DNA from: Dicyema japonicum
Taxonomy: Eukaryota > Animalia > Dicyemida
Assembly (NCBI GenBank): GCA_011109175.1
Contig: RDEW01000010.1
Coordinates: 1,384,579 to 1,431,058, forward strand
Reading direction: 5' to 3'
DNA length: 46,480 nucleotides
Below, one piece after another: positions 1 through 12,700 of this stretch; position 1 is the first letter of the stretch; each line of letters opens with the position of its first letter. The position numbers and the translations under genes were made by a program. The notes below the pieces were generated by a model, which worked only from the letters and a program-made list of their open reading frames with translations, had not been told where the DNA came from and searched no databases.

Positions 1-268
1 ACAACTCTAAATGGTTTGTAAGCTGCTGGGTTCCCTTCCATCATCGAACTTTTTGGACTCGATCAGGTGATGGGAGGACACCAGACGAGAAGACAATCTT
101 CCTATTTGTTAAAGCACAATCTCTCGTATGTGATGTTACTTGTGTTGATACCTCATCATGAATACCAAAGCACACTCTCATCATGAATATAATACCCAGT
201 ACAAACTCTGGCTGTCTTGTCGCTTATTTGGCAAAAAATGAGAAAGCTGGCTAAATATTCTGACCATT
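1..268 (+). mobile_element. 3' fragment of CRE-like non-LTR retrotransposon (restriction-like endonuclease region), degenerate
   Basis: Reads AAGFPSIIELFGLD..GDGRTPD..TIF..SLVCDVTCVDT across a frameshift, matching the LEPxGL..DGKRPDGxT..WDxTCxDT motif of the CRE copies at 34129-37126 and 44560-46340. Confidence 0.8.
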
Positions 269-299
269 AGTCAAAACCATCCAGAGGAGTTCTCTTGGA

Positions 300-2290
300 C
301 ATTATGTTTGAAGCGTTGTATCTATCTTTAATTCCACAATTACAATTAGATACAATCGACTGGATTGTATGCGTTTTTATCCTTTTAGACTTTTTAATTC
401 TAAATTGACGAGACAGATTTAAGTGCACACATCTCACAACTTCATTATGTTGCCACATATATGCACTATTCAGCATTCGACTACACCCTCTTTTTAGTAC
501 CACAATGACTGAAATTTAACCTCATCTCTTCAAAGAAAAGATTTCGACCTTGGAACATGTAGTATATTGCTTCGGGCTTTGTACTATTATTTTCATTATT
601 TAACCATTCCGTAGACCCATCAATGTCGACATTTGTATCTTGAAAACAATTATTTTAAGATTATCCATGAGATTTTTCTTTTGCCACTCCCTAATCACAT
701 TAACGTTTAAGTTAGAAGAGTTTTCTAGCCTGCACTTGAATGTGGTGAATCTAGCGATCATGGCCATGTGTTTTCTTCACTTTCAAGACCCGCATGATTC
801 CTGCTTTTCTGAGACACAGGTTTAATGTCAATCTACCCGATTTAGTAATTATTCAATCATCGTTTTAAACAAATTTATAGAATTTAGCCTAATATTTCCA
901 AAATTTTTTATTCTTTCTTAAAATTCCCAGCGATTGTTTTCATAACTTCATTTTTCATGGCAAAGACTCCTAAATAATGATAAACCACCAAACCGTCAAA
1001 CATTTTGTATCTTTGACACAGTAAAAATTAGTTGCAGACTTCTCACAATTTCTTTAAGACCAACAACCTAAAAATATTCGTCAATATTCTTCATCGTTTT
1101 AAAATTGTATTTTCATAAACAATAATATTTAAATAATCAATAAAAAGCATACCATATACGAATCATTTTGATTTTTATACACCTTCGGGAATTTTCTGTT
1201 TAGTATTGACTTAATGGGTCTATTATCAAAGTAAAAAGTTGGGAGATAGTGAGTCTCTTTGAAAGATTTCTCTATCCAGTTTGATTATTTATTTTCTTTT
1301 GATTAAGATTCATAATAACACTCTACTTGTTTATTAGACTTTTGATAAACTTTGCAATCAATCTGATAGTCTAGAATCGTCAAGAACCAGGCACAACAAT
1401 TAATGTTTGATGGAGTGGAACGCGTTCACAATTTGTTATTAGAAATAAGATTAAAAACTTTAATATAGTCAGTAAATTTTTATTGACACATTTTGTAACA
1501 AGTTTATAATATAGGCATGCATACAATAGGCCGTAAATCATTCGGAGTACAACAATCTTCTATTTTTTGGATAAGGACTCCCGCGTAAAACCAATCTCCC
1601 GTAAACAATTTTGAGAGTTTCGTCACAAAAATGACCGTGAATAAATTCAAATTTCTTAATAAAAAATCCATAGACTCCATCGCAGCCAAAACTTTTCCAA
1701 TTGGGTTCATAATGAATAATACTCATAATAAACTCACTGTGATGTCTACTGAGGACTTCTTTCTCTTCTGCCTCAGTTATACGTTACCCGACAACATTGT
1801 CGGTAACATGACTTTCATCCTTCTTCCATTTATCTTTCCAAAGGACAGGAAACTTTGCAGTTGATATTTTTGTCCTCACAGCCTTCGATAAAATTTCATT
1901 CAGTTGTGTTCAAACAAAAATTATCTCGTCTGGATGATTTTCTTGATTTATAGGTTGAATTTTTTACCTCCATGATTTTGATTTTTTACCAACAAAAGTC
2001 GAGATTCTTTTCCGTTTTCCCTTCTTGGATTTCTTATATTCGAATAAGGACAAAATTTTTAACGTTCTATCCTTCTCTTCTTTGGATTGTTAACTTTTAA
2101 ACTTGCTAAAAGAATAGGTTTTCTTTAAATTTAACAATCCTCTTTTCATTGTTTTTTATGAACCATTTATTATGTCTTTCTTGTCTAAGTCAACTCCCAT
2201 AGCTTTAATGTGGAAGCATTAATAATTTTGACAGAAGAATTGCATTTGTTTGGACTGAATAAAGAATCAATAAAATGTTTTTCAACAAAT
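300..2290 (-). mobile_element. Heavily decayed R4/Dong-like non-LTR retrotransposon
   Basis: Remnant motifs in the expected order on the minus strand: DWFYAG..LRPIVCMPIL (RT start, ORF 1504-1710), YHYLG, LNSINLFK, EAIYYMFQGRN and RMLNSAYMWQHNEVVRCVHL (RHN-type motif after the zinc knuckle, ORF 267-503). Boundaries are approximate. Confidence 0.7.
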
Positions 2291-2745
2291 CTAATAAATA
2301 AAAATTCTAGTGACTTCTAATCTGCATTTTCTCAGATTTTTCTAAAGTTTAATGCATGCTAAGCATGGTCAGCCAACTAAGTTGGTTTTCCTCATTTATC
2401 AGACGATACACAACTCAAAAAGTTATCAAACTCAAAATTTTATTAATGCATTTTTGATCTGTCATGATCATGACTAAACACGTGAGCCAGAGAAACTACC
2501 AACAACCTAATCTTCCTCCATTTGTTTCAGCCACAAATAAGCTCCCGTAGTCCATTTAGCTCCTTCACTACGAGACTCTTTAATCTTTTGGAAGTACCTG
2601 TCCTAGATCATCGGCAATGTCGAATTCAAAATTGAAAATAATATTAAATAAAGAATAGGAAGATTTATAAACCTTTAAGTCCCGTATTTAATAACTACAA
2701 GCAAATTTATCAACCATCACTATAATTTTTTTTAAATATGATCGT

Positions 2746-3596
2746 TTAAGAATTTGAGTCTTCATCTGCAGATTCGCCGTCATATAAGCCATCAATAGAT
2801 TCAAGAATTTTCATTGTAACCTAAAAATTCACAAATATTAAAAAATAAAAGCAGATAAAAAATACCGTTTCAGCTAGATTTCGTCTCTCTTCAATCCCCA
2901 AACTCATTGCTTTTTCTACAGAATAAGGAAAGCTATTAAATACCTCTTAGTTCACGCAAATCTGTAAATAATAGATCGTCCTTAAGCAAATCATATTCAC
3001 TAGTCGTTTTATTTCGGGTCATTTCCATATTCGGCCATACATGAGCCGAAAGAGCTTCTACAATTCTTGGAATCCCATAACATTCCTGACTAGCTAGAAT
3101 ATAAAATGATTGCAAATACAAGTTTCAGAGGACGGTGGAATCATTTCTATCAATTCTGATTGAGATTTTATGCAGAAACTGTTAATCTCATCAACTTTAG
3201 TAAACAAAATTAAACTTGTCTTTGGTCAAAATTTCCAATTTTTTCTGAACAGCAAAATCAGCTTTATTTCCTGTGAAAGCACGTGTTCATCACAAAACCG
3301 CTTTAATTTTTTGTATGAATCCTAAATTTAAAAAATTGGTTAACAATCGTGTCGAAAAATAAAACAAGTGCTTCTATTTTTTCGGATTCAAAATTTATTC
3401 CCTCAATTTCAGTAATAATTTAATATCACATTTATAATATTTAGTACAATGAGTCCAAATTATCTCTTTCCCATGAAGTGATACATTCCTGCCATTTAAT
3501 AATTCTATTTTAACATCTAAATTTCAAATGATTACCATCAAAATAAAATTCTGATCTTTTAATTCCGAAACTATAAAATAGGCAAATTCCAGACAT
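2746..3596 (-). CDS. AAGAB: Alpha- and gamma-adaptin-binding protein p34 homolog (about 6 tiny introns)
   Basis: Spliced translation contains W..TKYY..DI, EALVLFFD, FCIK..ELIEM and GIPRIVEALSAHVWPNMEM (AAGAB signature), with an acidic C-terminus ending in TAA at 2746. One unresolved in-frame TGA at 3226-3228. Confidence 0.8.
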
Positions 3597-3659
3597 CACA
3601 AATGTAGTGTTATTCAAATTTTAAATTATTAATTAAAATTTTAATTTATTATATATTAT

Positions 3660-5635
3660 TATTAAGGCACTTTCACGAAAGCCATAATGTGCAACACTCA
3701 AAAAAACAATATTTATAGTTAGTCTTTTCCATCTTCCTCTGTCGAATGCGAGTGATCTCAATTCGTCCAGGTCGTCTCCCGTCTTTAGATTTTTTCTCAC
3801 ACGATTTAAGTCTTTGTTTAAGGCTGTCGGAAGTGTCGATCTAGGTCGTCCGCGGAAGGGTTTTTCGCACTGTCAAAGTAATCTTCCATCGCTTTGTTAG
3901 CGGGTGCGTCCGGGTTCATTCTTAGTACATGCCCAAATAGCCTCCACCGGGCGTCTATCACATCCTTGCTGATGTAAGAACACATACACTTGTTGTAGAT
4001 ACCAGTGGTTGATATTCTACGTGGCCACTCCATTCCGAGTAAGCTTCTTAGTTGCCTTCTATGGAACGAATCCAGTTTCAATAGTTCGTTGAAGGAACTT
4101 TCCCATGTCCCAGCGTTGTACAGTAGGATCGGTTTCACAAACGCGTTGTAAAGCCTGCATCTGATGTCAATTCCAAGTCCTTTGGCCCTTAGCCATCCTT
4201 TCTTCAGTTTAGCCATTGCCGCATTTGCCAGTGTTTTCCTCCTTAGTACATCTTCAGCGTCTCCTAGTAGAGAGCCGAGCTTATTAGTACGTCTCCATCT
4301 TTCATGAGTAATATCGTCTTCTCTTTTGATTTCCGTAATTTCAGTTTTGTTAACATTTACGCTGAGAAACCATTTCTCAAGCTCCGCAGGTGCATTTTCT
4401 AGTAGGTGTTGGAGTGCGGTCACGTCCCGTGATACAAAATCCACATCATCCGCATAAGATGTCTCTTCTATGTCTCCTATATAGCATTTACGGAGGTCGC
4501 GGAGTGCAGATTCAAGGTATATGGTGAATAGTAAAGGGGAGAAGGAATCACCCTAGGGTGTCCCAATCGTTGTTTTGAAACTGCGGGAAGTTGTTCCTTC
4601 TGTCCTCACAGATAGTCTTTTATTCGCAAGTAGTAGTCTGATTATCCTAACCGACGATTCATCCAATATTTGCTCAAGCACATTCATCAGTTTCTGTCTG
4701 TTTATTGAGTCGAAAGCTCTGGAGAGATCTATTCCCAACACGTTCGTTGCGCTCTTGAATCTTTGGTGCGTTGCACAGCGCCATCTGTGGCTCCATACAA
4801 TGTCTGCCGTAGACCTTCCTTCTCGGAACCCACTTTGACTTGCTGGTAGGTTAGATCCGCCACACCCTTTATTCGGCTTAGTGCAATGTTTGCGGTGTAT
4901 TGAATTCAGAAGTATTATCGGGCGGAGATTTTCTACTGGTCCTTTTGATTTGTTCGGTTTTTGTATGGGTATTAATAATCCATTTCCAAGTCCTAGATCG
5001 GTATTAGTTTCAAAGACGTCATTTAGGGTTTTTGCAATTGTGTCGCTAAGTTTTTTTGGCCCATATTTTAGGAGCTCAGTTGCATACATCCTTGAATTGT
5101 CTTTTAGGCATTCCACATCTTTTAATATGGATGTAATAATTTCCCGTGAGTGTTTTCTGTTCATCTTATTGATTTTCCACTTTAGTTCCCTTTGTTGGAT
5201 ATTAAGCTCTTTTTTTACTCTTGTCTGACGTGTTTGCCGCTTTTAGCCGTAGCTCTCTGCAATGCTTTGCTCTATCTAGCACGTTCGGGTGGTGATCCAA
5301 TTTTAGGGCGTGATAATTTCGGACTCCAAGGCATATATTGGCCGACTTGTAGATTGCCTGTTTTGTTTGATCCCACAGAGTTTGTACTGATGATTCCGGT
5401 GCGGTTTTCTCCATAAGAGTCTCGATTTGTTCGTGATATTTAGCTCTACAAGTGGGCTCTAACCACAATTTTTCTGTCTGAAAGTATATATCGGGCCTTT
5501 TTCTCGCCTTCTTCGCGTTTTCAATGTATTTTTTCCCAGTCAGGTGCTTTTTTACACAAAGTTTTGCAATGACGATCCTGTGGTTGCTGTCGGTTGTTGT
5601 TCCCTGGTAGGAACGTGCATCATTTATCAGGTGTT
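3660..5635 (-). mobile_element. 5'-truncated RTE-clade LINE, disrupted
   Basis: APE C-terminus (ARSY..DSNHRIVIAKL), RT motifs LRPIILL, QSGFREGRST, IDLSRAFDS, GTP*GD (in-frame stop) and YADD, C-terminal RWRLFGHVLRM; 3' end ATGGCTTTCGTGAAAGTGC followed by (TAA)n. Confidence 0.92.
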
Positions 5636-5637
5636 TA

Positions 5638-6058
5638 TCAGATTTTCGGCAGTGTTCTGAAATGCCTCACAGGCTTATGGAAAATCGGAAAGCATTCTGT
5701 TTTGAGCAATGAATATAAACAATTCATCGAATTATGCATCTCTTATGCATGTATTATATGGGGTCCACTGATCTCTTGGACGAATGTCTTGAAGATCGAG
5801 GCTAGCCGGAGAAGAGCCTCCAAATTCACAGAACGCTGGATTCCTGGAGAACTCCAACCACCAATGCCTCTTGAAGCCTCGATAAGAATGAACCACGGAA
5901 CGCGCCGTAGTGACTGCGAAGGTCCAGTCACTCGACCGATACGTCCTTGTGTGAGGACGAGGAGGAGGATCGGGTGAATATGAGGTGTTTGCTAGAGCGT
6001 GCTGGGATCACGTAATTAGTTAGTTTGTGTAACCGTGATCTCTAGTGTTATTATTATT
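5638..6058 (+). mobile_element. 3' end of Jockey/I-like LINE with terminal stem-loop and (TTA)n tail
   Basis: Post-RT motif YKQFI..ISYACIIW..KIEASRRRA; 3' UTR similar to 23100-23256; hairpin at 6002-6045. Confidence 0.75.
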
Positions 6059-6330
6059 CCAGAACAGTTTAAACCGAAAAAAAACAAACTAATTGATCCC
6101 AAAAATTTAATCCAAACTCTCAGTTTGCCTCGATGCTCCATCCTTGATCCTACACAAGCTCGTTGGGGTCAGGTTGTCTCATGATCATGTTGGATAAGAC
6201 CTCCTCGTAATTTCTTCTGATTAGGATCTCCAAGGGTATCAGCATTATGTCCTTTTTGTTCATAGACCACTTCTCTGTCTCTCCAAGCCATTTTTATGTA
6301 GCCACGGAATTAAATTTTAAATTTTAATTT

Positions 6331-6430
6331 ATTAACCAAAAAACACCGCCATAGCCAGAATGAAAAATTCAAGTGATCCCAGCCTCCCTCAGCAGTCTTC
6401 GTGTGCTCGGACTTGAAAGGGTGAACTCCT
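6331..6430 (-). mobile_element. Isolated LINE-type 3' tail (CTGGGATCAC stem-loop family)
   Basis: Minus strand reads GCTGGGATCACT..GGTGTTTTTTGG-TTAATAAA, homologous to the hairpins at 6002-6045, 23211-23255 and 28631-28684. Confidence 0.5.
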
Positions 6431-6736
6431 ATTGATGATTGTTGACTAATGGTTTTTTTGGATATAATTTAGGATTATATCTGGCGCCACCAGAGATGGT
6501 AAACCACATGACGCACGCTACCAATTGAAGCTCCATAAAGCCAAAAGGTTAGAGAAGAAACAGAAGAATCAAACAAATAATCTCAAATTCATGTAGCCTC
6601 ATAGCACCACACTAACTTTGGCGCCAACTAGATGAAATTTTTGGTTGGTTTTTTAGCTTCTTAGATAATAATTACATTTTCATTAATATAACAATTATTT
6701 GATACTTATTTATTAATTAATATTACGATAACTAAT

Positions 6737-9700
6737 TTAATCGTCAAGATTAAGTAAAATTGCAGTTCCACGTTTCACCCAGTGGTCATTGGGTTTTTCT
6801 CCACTTTTAATGTCCATAATACATACTCGCATATCGCTACGATCAGAGGTCAGATAAACTGGACATTGATAAATTCCTAAACATCAAAATAATATTTAAC
6901 CTTTGATGTTTTTCTTTTTAAGTTCAATATGTTTAACGTGTATCGACGGCATTGAATATATTAATTGCATAGGAGCAGGCTCGACCAAACAAGCGTTTTT
7001 CATATCCCAACCGCCACCTTGTAGGTACATTCCTTTTATTAATACTCCTTCCTAAAATATGTCTAATAAAAATTACATTAGGAGACCCAGTGACGTCATT
7101 ATCACTTATGGTAAGCACATTAAAATCTGCTATTAGATTATCAAATGACACCTAAATATGTCACCAAATAAGTTACGTTTAGTGATTGAGCGCTCATTTG
7201 TTGGACTGATGTTAAAAAGCTAATTGGACGTATGAATGCAGACAGCCAGAAAATTGTTGGCGGCCTTGAAGTGGTTACCCAATTATTGAAGTGTTGCACG
7301 CGTGCAACAAGATCACGTATCCAAGAAGAAAGCGGCTTTTTGGAAGGATATAACTATCGTGATATAGCAAATTACATTTCCCCATGAAATCGGAACTTTT
7401 CCGTTATGAATTGCTTCAAATATATCTTCTAATTCCACGGTCATCGATTTTAATCCGAAAATTCCTTGCTCAAGTGACTGCAATGTATTATTGATGATAT
7501 TAAGCAACTTATTGTAGCCAATGACCTATTAAATTTCAAAGTCAAACATCACCTGCTGCACCAACACCGACCCCAGAATAAAATTTTCATTTTCGCATAT
7601 TCTTTCGGCAGCCTCGATATCAATAATATTAGGAATTTGTTTGGTTATTATGCTGATACTCTCTAAAACGTTGGTTTCACTCGATTCCCCATAATTTTCT
7701 CGTTTTTTCGAATCAGCTAATAATAGTGTTTCAAATAAATCATTAGTTTGATAAATTTCAGATTGAATTTCACTATTCAAATGCAGTCCAAAGACTTCCG
7801 GATGTTCATTCGTCGGTAAAATGTTAATATACTCAAGGTAAGACTTTAGTGTACTATCCTGCGGGATATAATACGTTGGCAAAGCTGATAATCTATAATA
7901 TATTTAAAACACAAAAAACTTATAATTCGTTTGAGTAAATATATTTTCATTGAAATAATCATTTATATATGTCGATAAAAGAGTTCGATCCAAGTCATCA
8001 GTCACGTGACCTCCGTAAGTTATTCCAGAAATCAAATATCGCAATGCTTCCCATGGAGTATTTGAGTACTCGTCAACATGAACAAGAAGTATTTCATTCG
8101 CAACCTTTGGATTATAAAAATATATTAAAACTTCAAAATCTGCATCGTTGAACTGATAAGGTTCATTCCATCCAACTTTCAAAAATTTCTTACGTCGGCA
8201 ATTACAGAATGAAAAAAACAAAGTGAAAATAACAAAGTTCTATATTTATCCGGCTTAGAACATCGATTAATCTGAGATTCCCTCACAAGATTATATAACC
8301 GTTTCAAATTTGACTTTAGGCCCTAAATATATTGTTAGTTGTCATCACTTTTGGAGATTCAGTAGTCATTTTAATTCCGCTTTGAAGAATTGAAATTGGA
8401 AAACTTGAATGAGATGCACTGCTCAGCCACAATCTAAATTTTGGATGAATTTCAGTTGTTTTAAGTTGACTGATTATCTTATTTAATTCTGGCATCCAAC
8501 TCAAGGATAAATGGCAATTAGCCAGGAAAACCCAATTTCCCTTATATTTAAGCAAATAATAAACTTCATTAACACCTTCTTTAATCATTCTTCTGGCTAT
8601 TGTAGACTGCCCTTGACCTAATGACAAAGCATGAAATTTCTTATTCATGTCATATCTGATTGCGATTTGCAAAAGTGCTTGAGTTGGATCCTATATGTTA
8701 TTTTAACAGTGACTTACAACTCCAGGCGATAATATAAATATCAAAGGAGTATGAGATTGAGACTCTGCAAACACATCCTGCATATTCAAAGGCAACGGTT
8801 CAACATATTTTGATCCAAGATTATTGGTTACAAAAGATGACACACAAATAGGCACGCGATCAGGCCTTATTGAACGTACAATAAGCATTCTTTGTAAATC
8901 ATTGCATGCATTGTCCCATTCGCCTGTTAAAATAAGTTTATAGAATTACCAGGGAGCTGATGGTTTTCTGGTTCAGAGCTCTGGTACCATAGATGCCAAT
9001 CTTTTCCATATTGCTCAAAAGATGACATAATTCCGTGAAAATTTGTAAGCTTGTCTAATTCGGTTATATGATCCCAATAAGATTCGGGAAGCCAATTAGA
9101 ACATGGATTGTCCATTTGTTGCTCTCGATTAATCGTCTATAATTGAAATCAGCATAATTTTACTTCTCCCCCTTTTAAGAAAAAAGAATATTCATCCATA
9201 TTTATTTTCCCGGCTTCTTCCATAATTCTCACACAAATTTGAAAAGAAAATAGTAATTTATGTCTTTCAAATAATCCACGACAAGTGTTTCTTTAAATTA
9301 TGGATACAATAAACTTAAATATAAGATATGTGTGATAATCATTCAAATTTTCAATTCTTTCGTCAAGTTTGGTGCATTTTGACTTTTTTCAATGGAATAG
9401 TTGAACAAATTTATATATGACTCTAGTGAGTATTGATACATGTTATCCACATTTGACAAATTATTTAAAATAAAAAATAATATGGATGCCCTTTTGGCGC
9501 ATGGAAGATATCCCTAATGATTATTTAATAATTTTTGACTTCTCTGAAAGCATCAATTTTTTCTTCTGTCTGTTGTGCAACAGTAAGCTGATTTGTAACA
9601 TCTGATGATATTAATTTGGAGCTATTAAGAGTATCAACAAGATTTTCATCATCTAACAAAGAACCTTCGGTTTCATTCAAAAGTCTATTTAAAGTTAATA

Positions 9701-12700
9701 GTCGTCTATACTTTAAAATTCTGTCTTCTAACTCCTGTAGTTTCTTTTTTCCATTAGCGATGTTCACCACAATTGCATTTTTTTGATCTTCTAACTCGGG
9801 TCTCTCTTTCTTTACAACGATGGCTAACAGTTGAGTTTCTAAGCCTACATGTAAGTTAATATAAATTATGATTAACAACCTTGTTGCTTGACGCCAAAAT
9901 TGACCAATGACATTTTTGATAACAATTCTGGAGAATAACTGGGAGTTGACAACTTTGTAGTGACATAAATAACAAAATTTGGGTCTACCGTTAAGTTTTT
10001 AGTCACTTTAACTTTTGTTATTCCATCTATAATTATAAATGACTGATTAACTTTCATTAAAATATGATTTTGACAAAAGATTATGTAATATTGGGTCGAT
10101 TTTTCCTTCGACGTTTTCAAAAAGTACAGAATACCCAAATATAATAGCACTTTCAATTTCTTTAATGTAATCTTCCGTATACGAGTCAACAATAATGAGC
10201 TTCTAAATGACTATAAATTATTTATTACATTCTCAGCATCCATGGCTCTAATCCAATTGTTTGCTTGCGATTGTGGATCAATTATGATTGAAACTCGGTT
10301 TCCTTTAGTTACAAGGATTGCATTTTCTGCTGAAAAATTTCCACTGGGAAGATTTTGTGATTTCCATTTTCGAACGACCGCCGGGTTTACCATGAAATTG
10401 ACAAAATTGAATTTCTCAGAGCAGTTGATATTGTTTTCCGTTAACTATAACAAGTAAGGGATAAAAATACATGAGGTATCCATTCATCGAATATCAAACT
10501 GTTCCTATAATACGACAAAAATGGCCCTGCATAACACAAAAAGGCTTTGGCAATGACACAGTCTCCTGGAAGATTTTTTATTTTCTCATTTAGCTCCTTT
10601 AAAATTTTCAACCAAATATTTACCGTTACCGTTATTCTCCACCTTTCACTTTCGTTCGCTAGCCCATTGACTAATTTCTCTGCTCTGTTGAGCATAGTTT
10701 CTAATTTTTCTGCTTTTTGCTTAAGCTCTTCTTTCTGCTTTAATTTATCATCATATTGAAATTTCAACTCTGAAATTTTAGTTTCCACCTTTAAAACACC
10801 ATTACTAATAAATTATACTTCTTGAAGTTTAGATTCCGCATCAGCTAATTCTTTTTGTTTAGCTTCTAGTTGAGATTTGGCTAAATCTAAACGTTGCCTC
10901 TTTGGCTCTATGACTCGATAAACCCTTCCATAAACTTCCATGGCGATAACCTAAAATAGTAAATTTGACGAAACAGTAATTACCCACATACACAAAGACT
11001 TTGCAGCAAATGACACACGCCCGACAATTTCAGGTTGAAAATCGGCCATTTGAACATAACCACCAATCTTTTTCAATACTCTATCACTAATATTATCTTT
11101 ATCAAAATTTTTAAGTTGATTTATAAAATTTGAATCGCCTATAATAAATTTGACGAAAAAATACTTAATTGTCGTTTAGCTTCAGCCCACGAGGTGTCAT
11201 TTCCACGTAAAATCATTACCGCCTCTAATACTTTCTCTACAAGTGGCGGAGGTTTTCCGTATGATCTGATTTCAGTAATATCTTTTTTACTCAAAGAATC
11301 AAGGGCCTAAAAAATGTAATCTCAGCCAACTTTAATAGCTTCTTCAAATAACGGTAGTACTTCGTTTAAATCTTTTTGGGCTAAATTAGCCATATGTTGA
11401 CATTTCTTTTCGTCTTCTTGTATTTTTTCGCTCTTAGATGACACAAGCTGTTATTATTCGATCAAGCGCTAACCTTTTGCTGTTCATCGGCTTCCCTTCT
11501 TTGCTGAACAATAACAAGCAAATATTCGTCACACTGTTTCTGAAATATTGCGACGTTTTCTCTCGCTTCTTCCAATTCTTTCGACATTATAGAAACTTTT
11601 TCTCTAGTTTCATCTATTTTAAGAAGTCCGTTGTTTAATTTAGCGGCTTCAAGATTCAATTCTGTCAATTTTTCATGAAATAATCTTAAAAGTAATTTAA
11701 TGGTTATTAACGAATTAAAGCCGTTGATCAATTCCAAATAAATAGAAGGAGAATAATTTATTTTTTGTTTTTCATTGGACATCATCTTAGCGCATTTTTT
11801 AACAGTCAAATGGATAAATGGGAATACACTTGAAATAGTGTTACGAATTTTCTTAAAAATATTATCATTAAAATTTACATCGAAATTACTAGCTGAACAG
11901 TCGATGTACTTTTCTGCAATTTCCTTCAACGCCTCTTCAGGCCAGTCCTTAAAGTATTTTATGGTGCAGCAATTTACTATACTTGGATACATACGTAGCC
12001 GTTGTCTAAAAATAATAAATTGTTAAGCTACCTAAATAAACTATCTAAAGGATTTAGACAAATTATAAGATGCAAATTATTTTGTGCTCTTTTCAGGAAC
12101 AGCTTATATGCATTTTGAATTGTATTTTCTTTTCCACTCGAAATTAATGCATCGTCCAGTAAAGTTCGAATCTTAAATATCACAGATAAATCAAAACTTC
12201 GTCAAGTTCTTCAGATTTATATAGATTTGGTATGCTTCCAGTATTTAGGAGATTGTTAATGTCTTCTAAAAACGTCTCTTCCATAATTTCTGTATCTGAC
12301 AAAATAAAGACTGTAGGTTTGTTATCTATTCCAATCAGACTCATCAGATTTTTTAATTCTAAAATATCAAACGTACAATTACCATCATGAAATTCTTTTT
12401 TCTTCAATGTTACCTCCGAATCAAGTTCAAAAATGTTATAATTACAAATGTGAGAGGCTAACCGAGATAAACTCTTGCGTCCAGATCCCCCAGAACCAAT
12501 TAGCAAACAATGACCACGAATTTGTTTTAAAATCCTAGTAATTCCCGACACTGAAAATTATTTCAAAATAAAGTTTATTACCATGTTCTACTGCATCGTA
12601 AAACATCACTAAATCTTGCTTAAAAACATTCGGTTTTGAATTATAAGCATCGAGATGGTTGTATAAATTTTGTTTGAGAGTATCAAAATTTTTTATATCC

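Noticed and set aside
3226-3228. Stop-codon reassignment (in-frame TGA in the AAGAB model)
   Set aside because: TGA and TAA terminate PTPMT1, HMG20, DNAH2, IMPA1 and Arp3 at the expected positions, and Trp is TGG in the motifs checked. Indel errors or a wrong exon model explain it more simply.
4575-5416. Plus-strand ORFs overlapping the RTE (and similar antisense ORFs over the CRE copies and dynein)
   Set aside because: These are shadow frames of coding sequence on the opposite strand with no recognisable motifs.
6481-6630. LTR retrotransposon primer-binding sites (TGGCGCC twice)
   Set aside because: No LTR pair, gag, protease or integrase remnants were recognised nearby.
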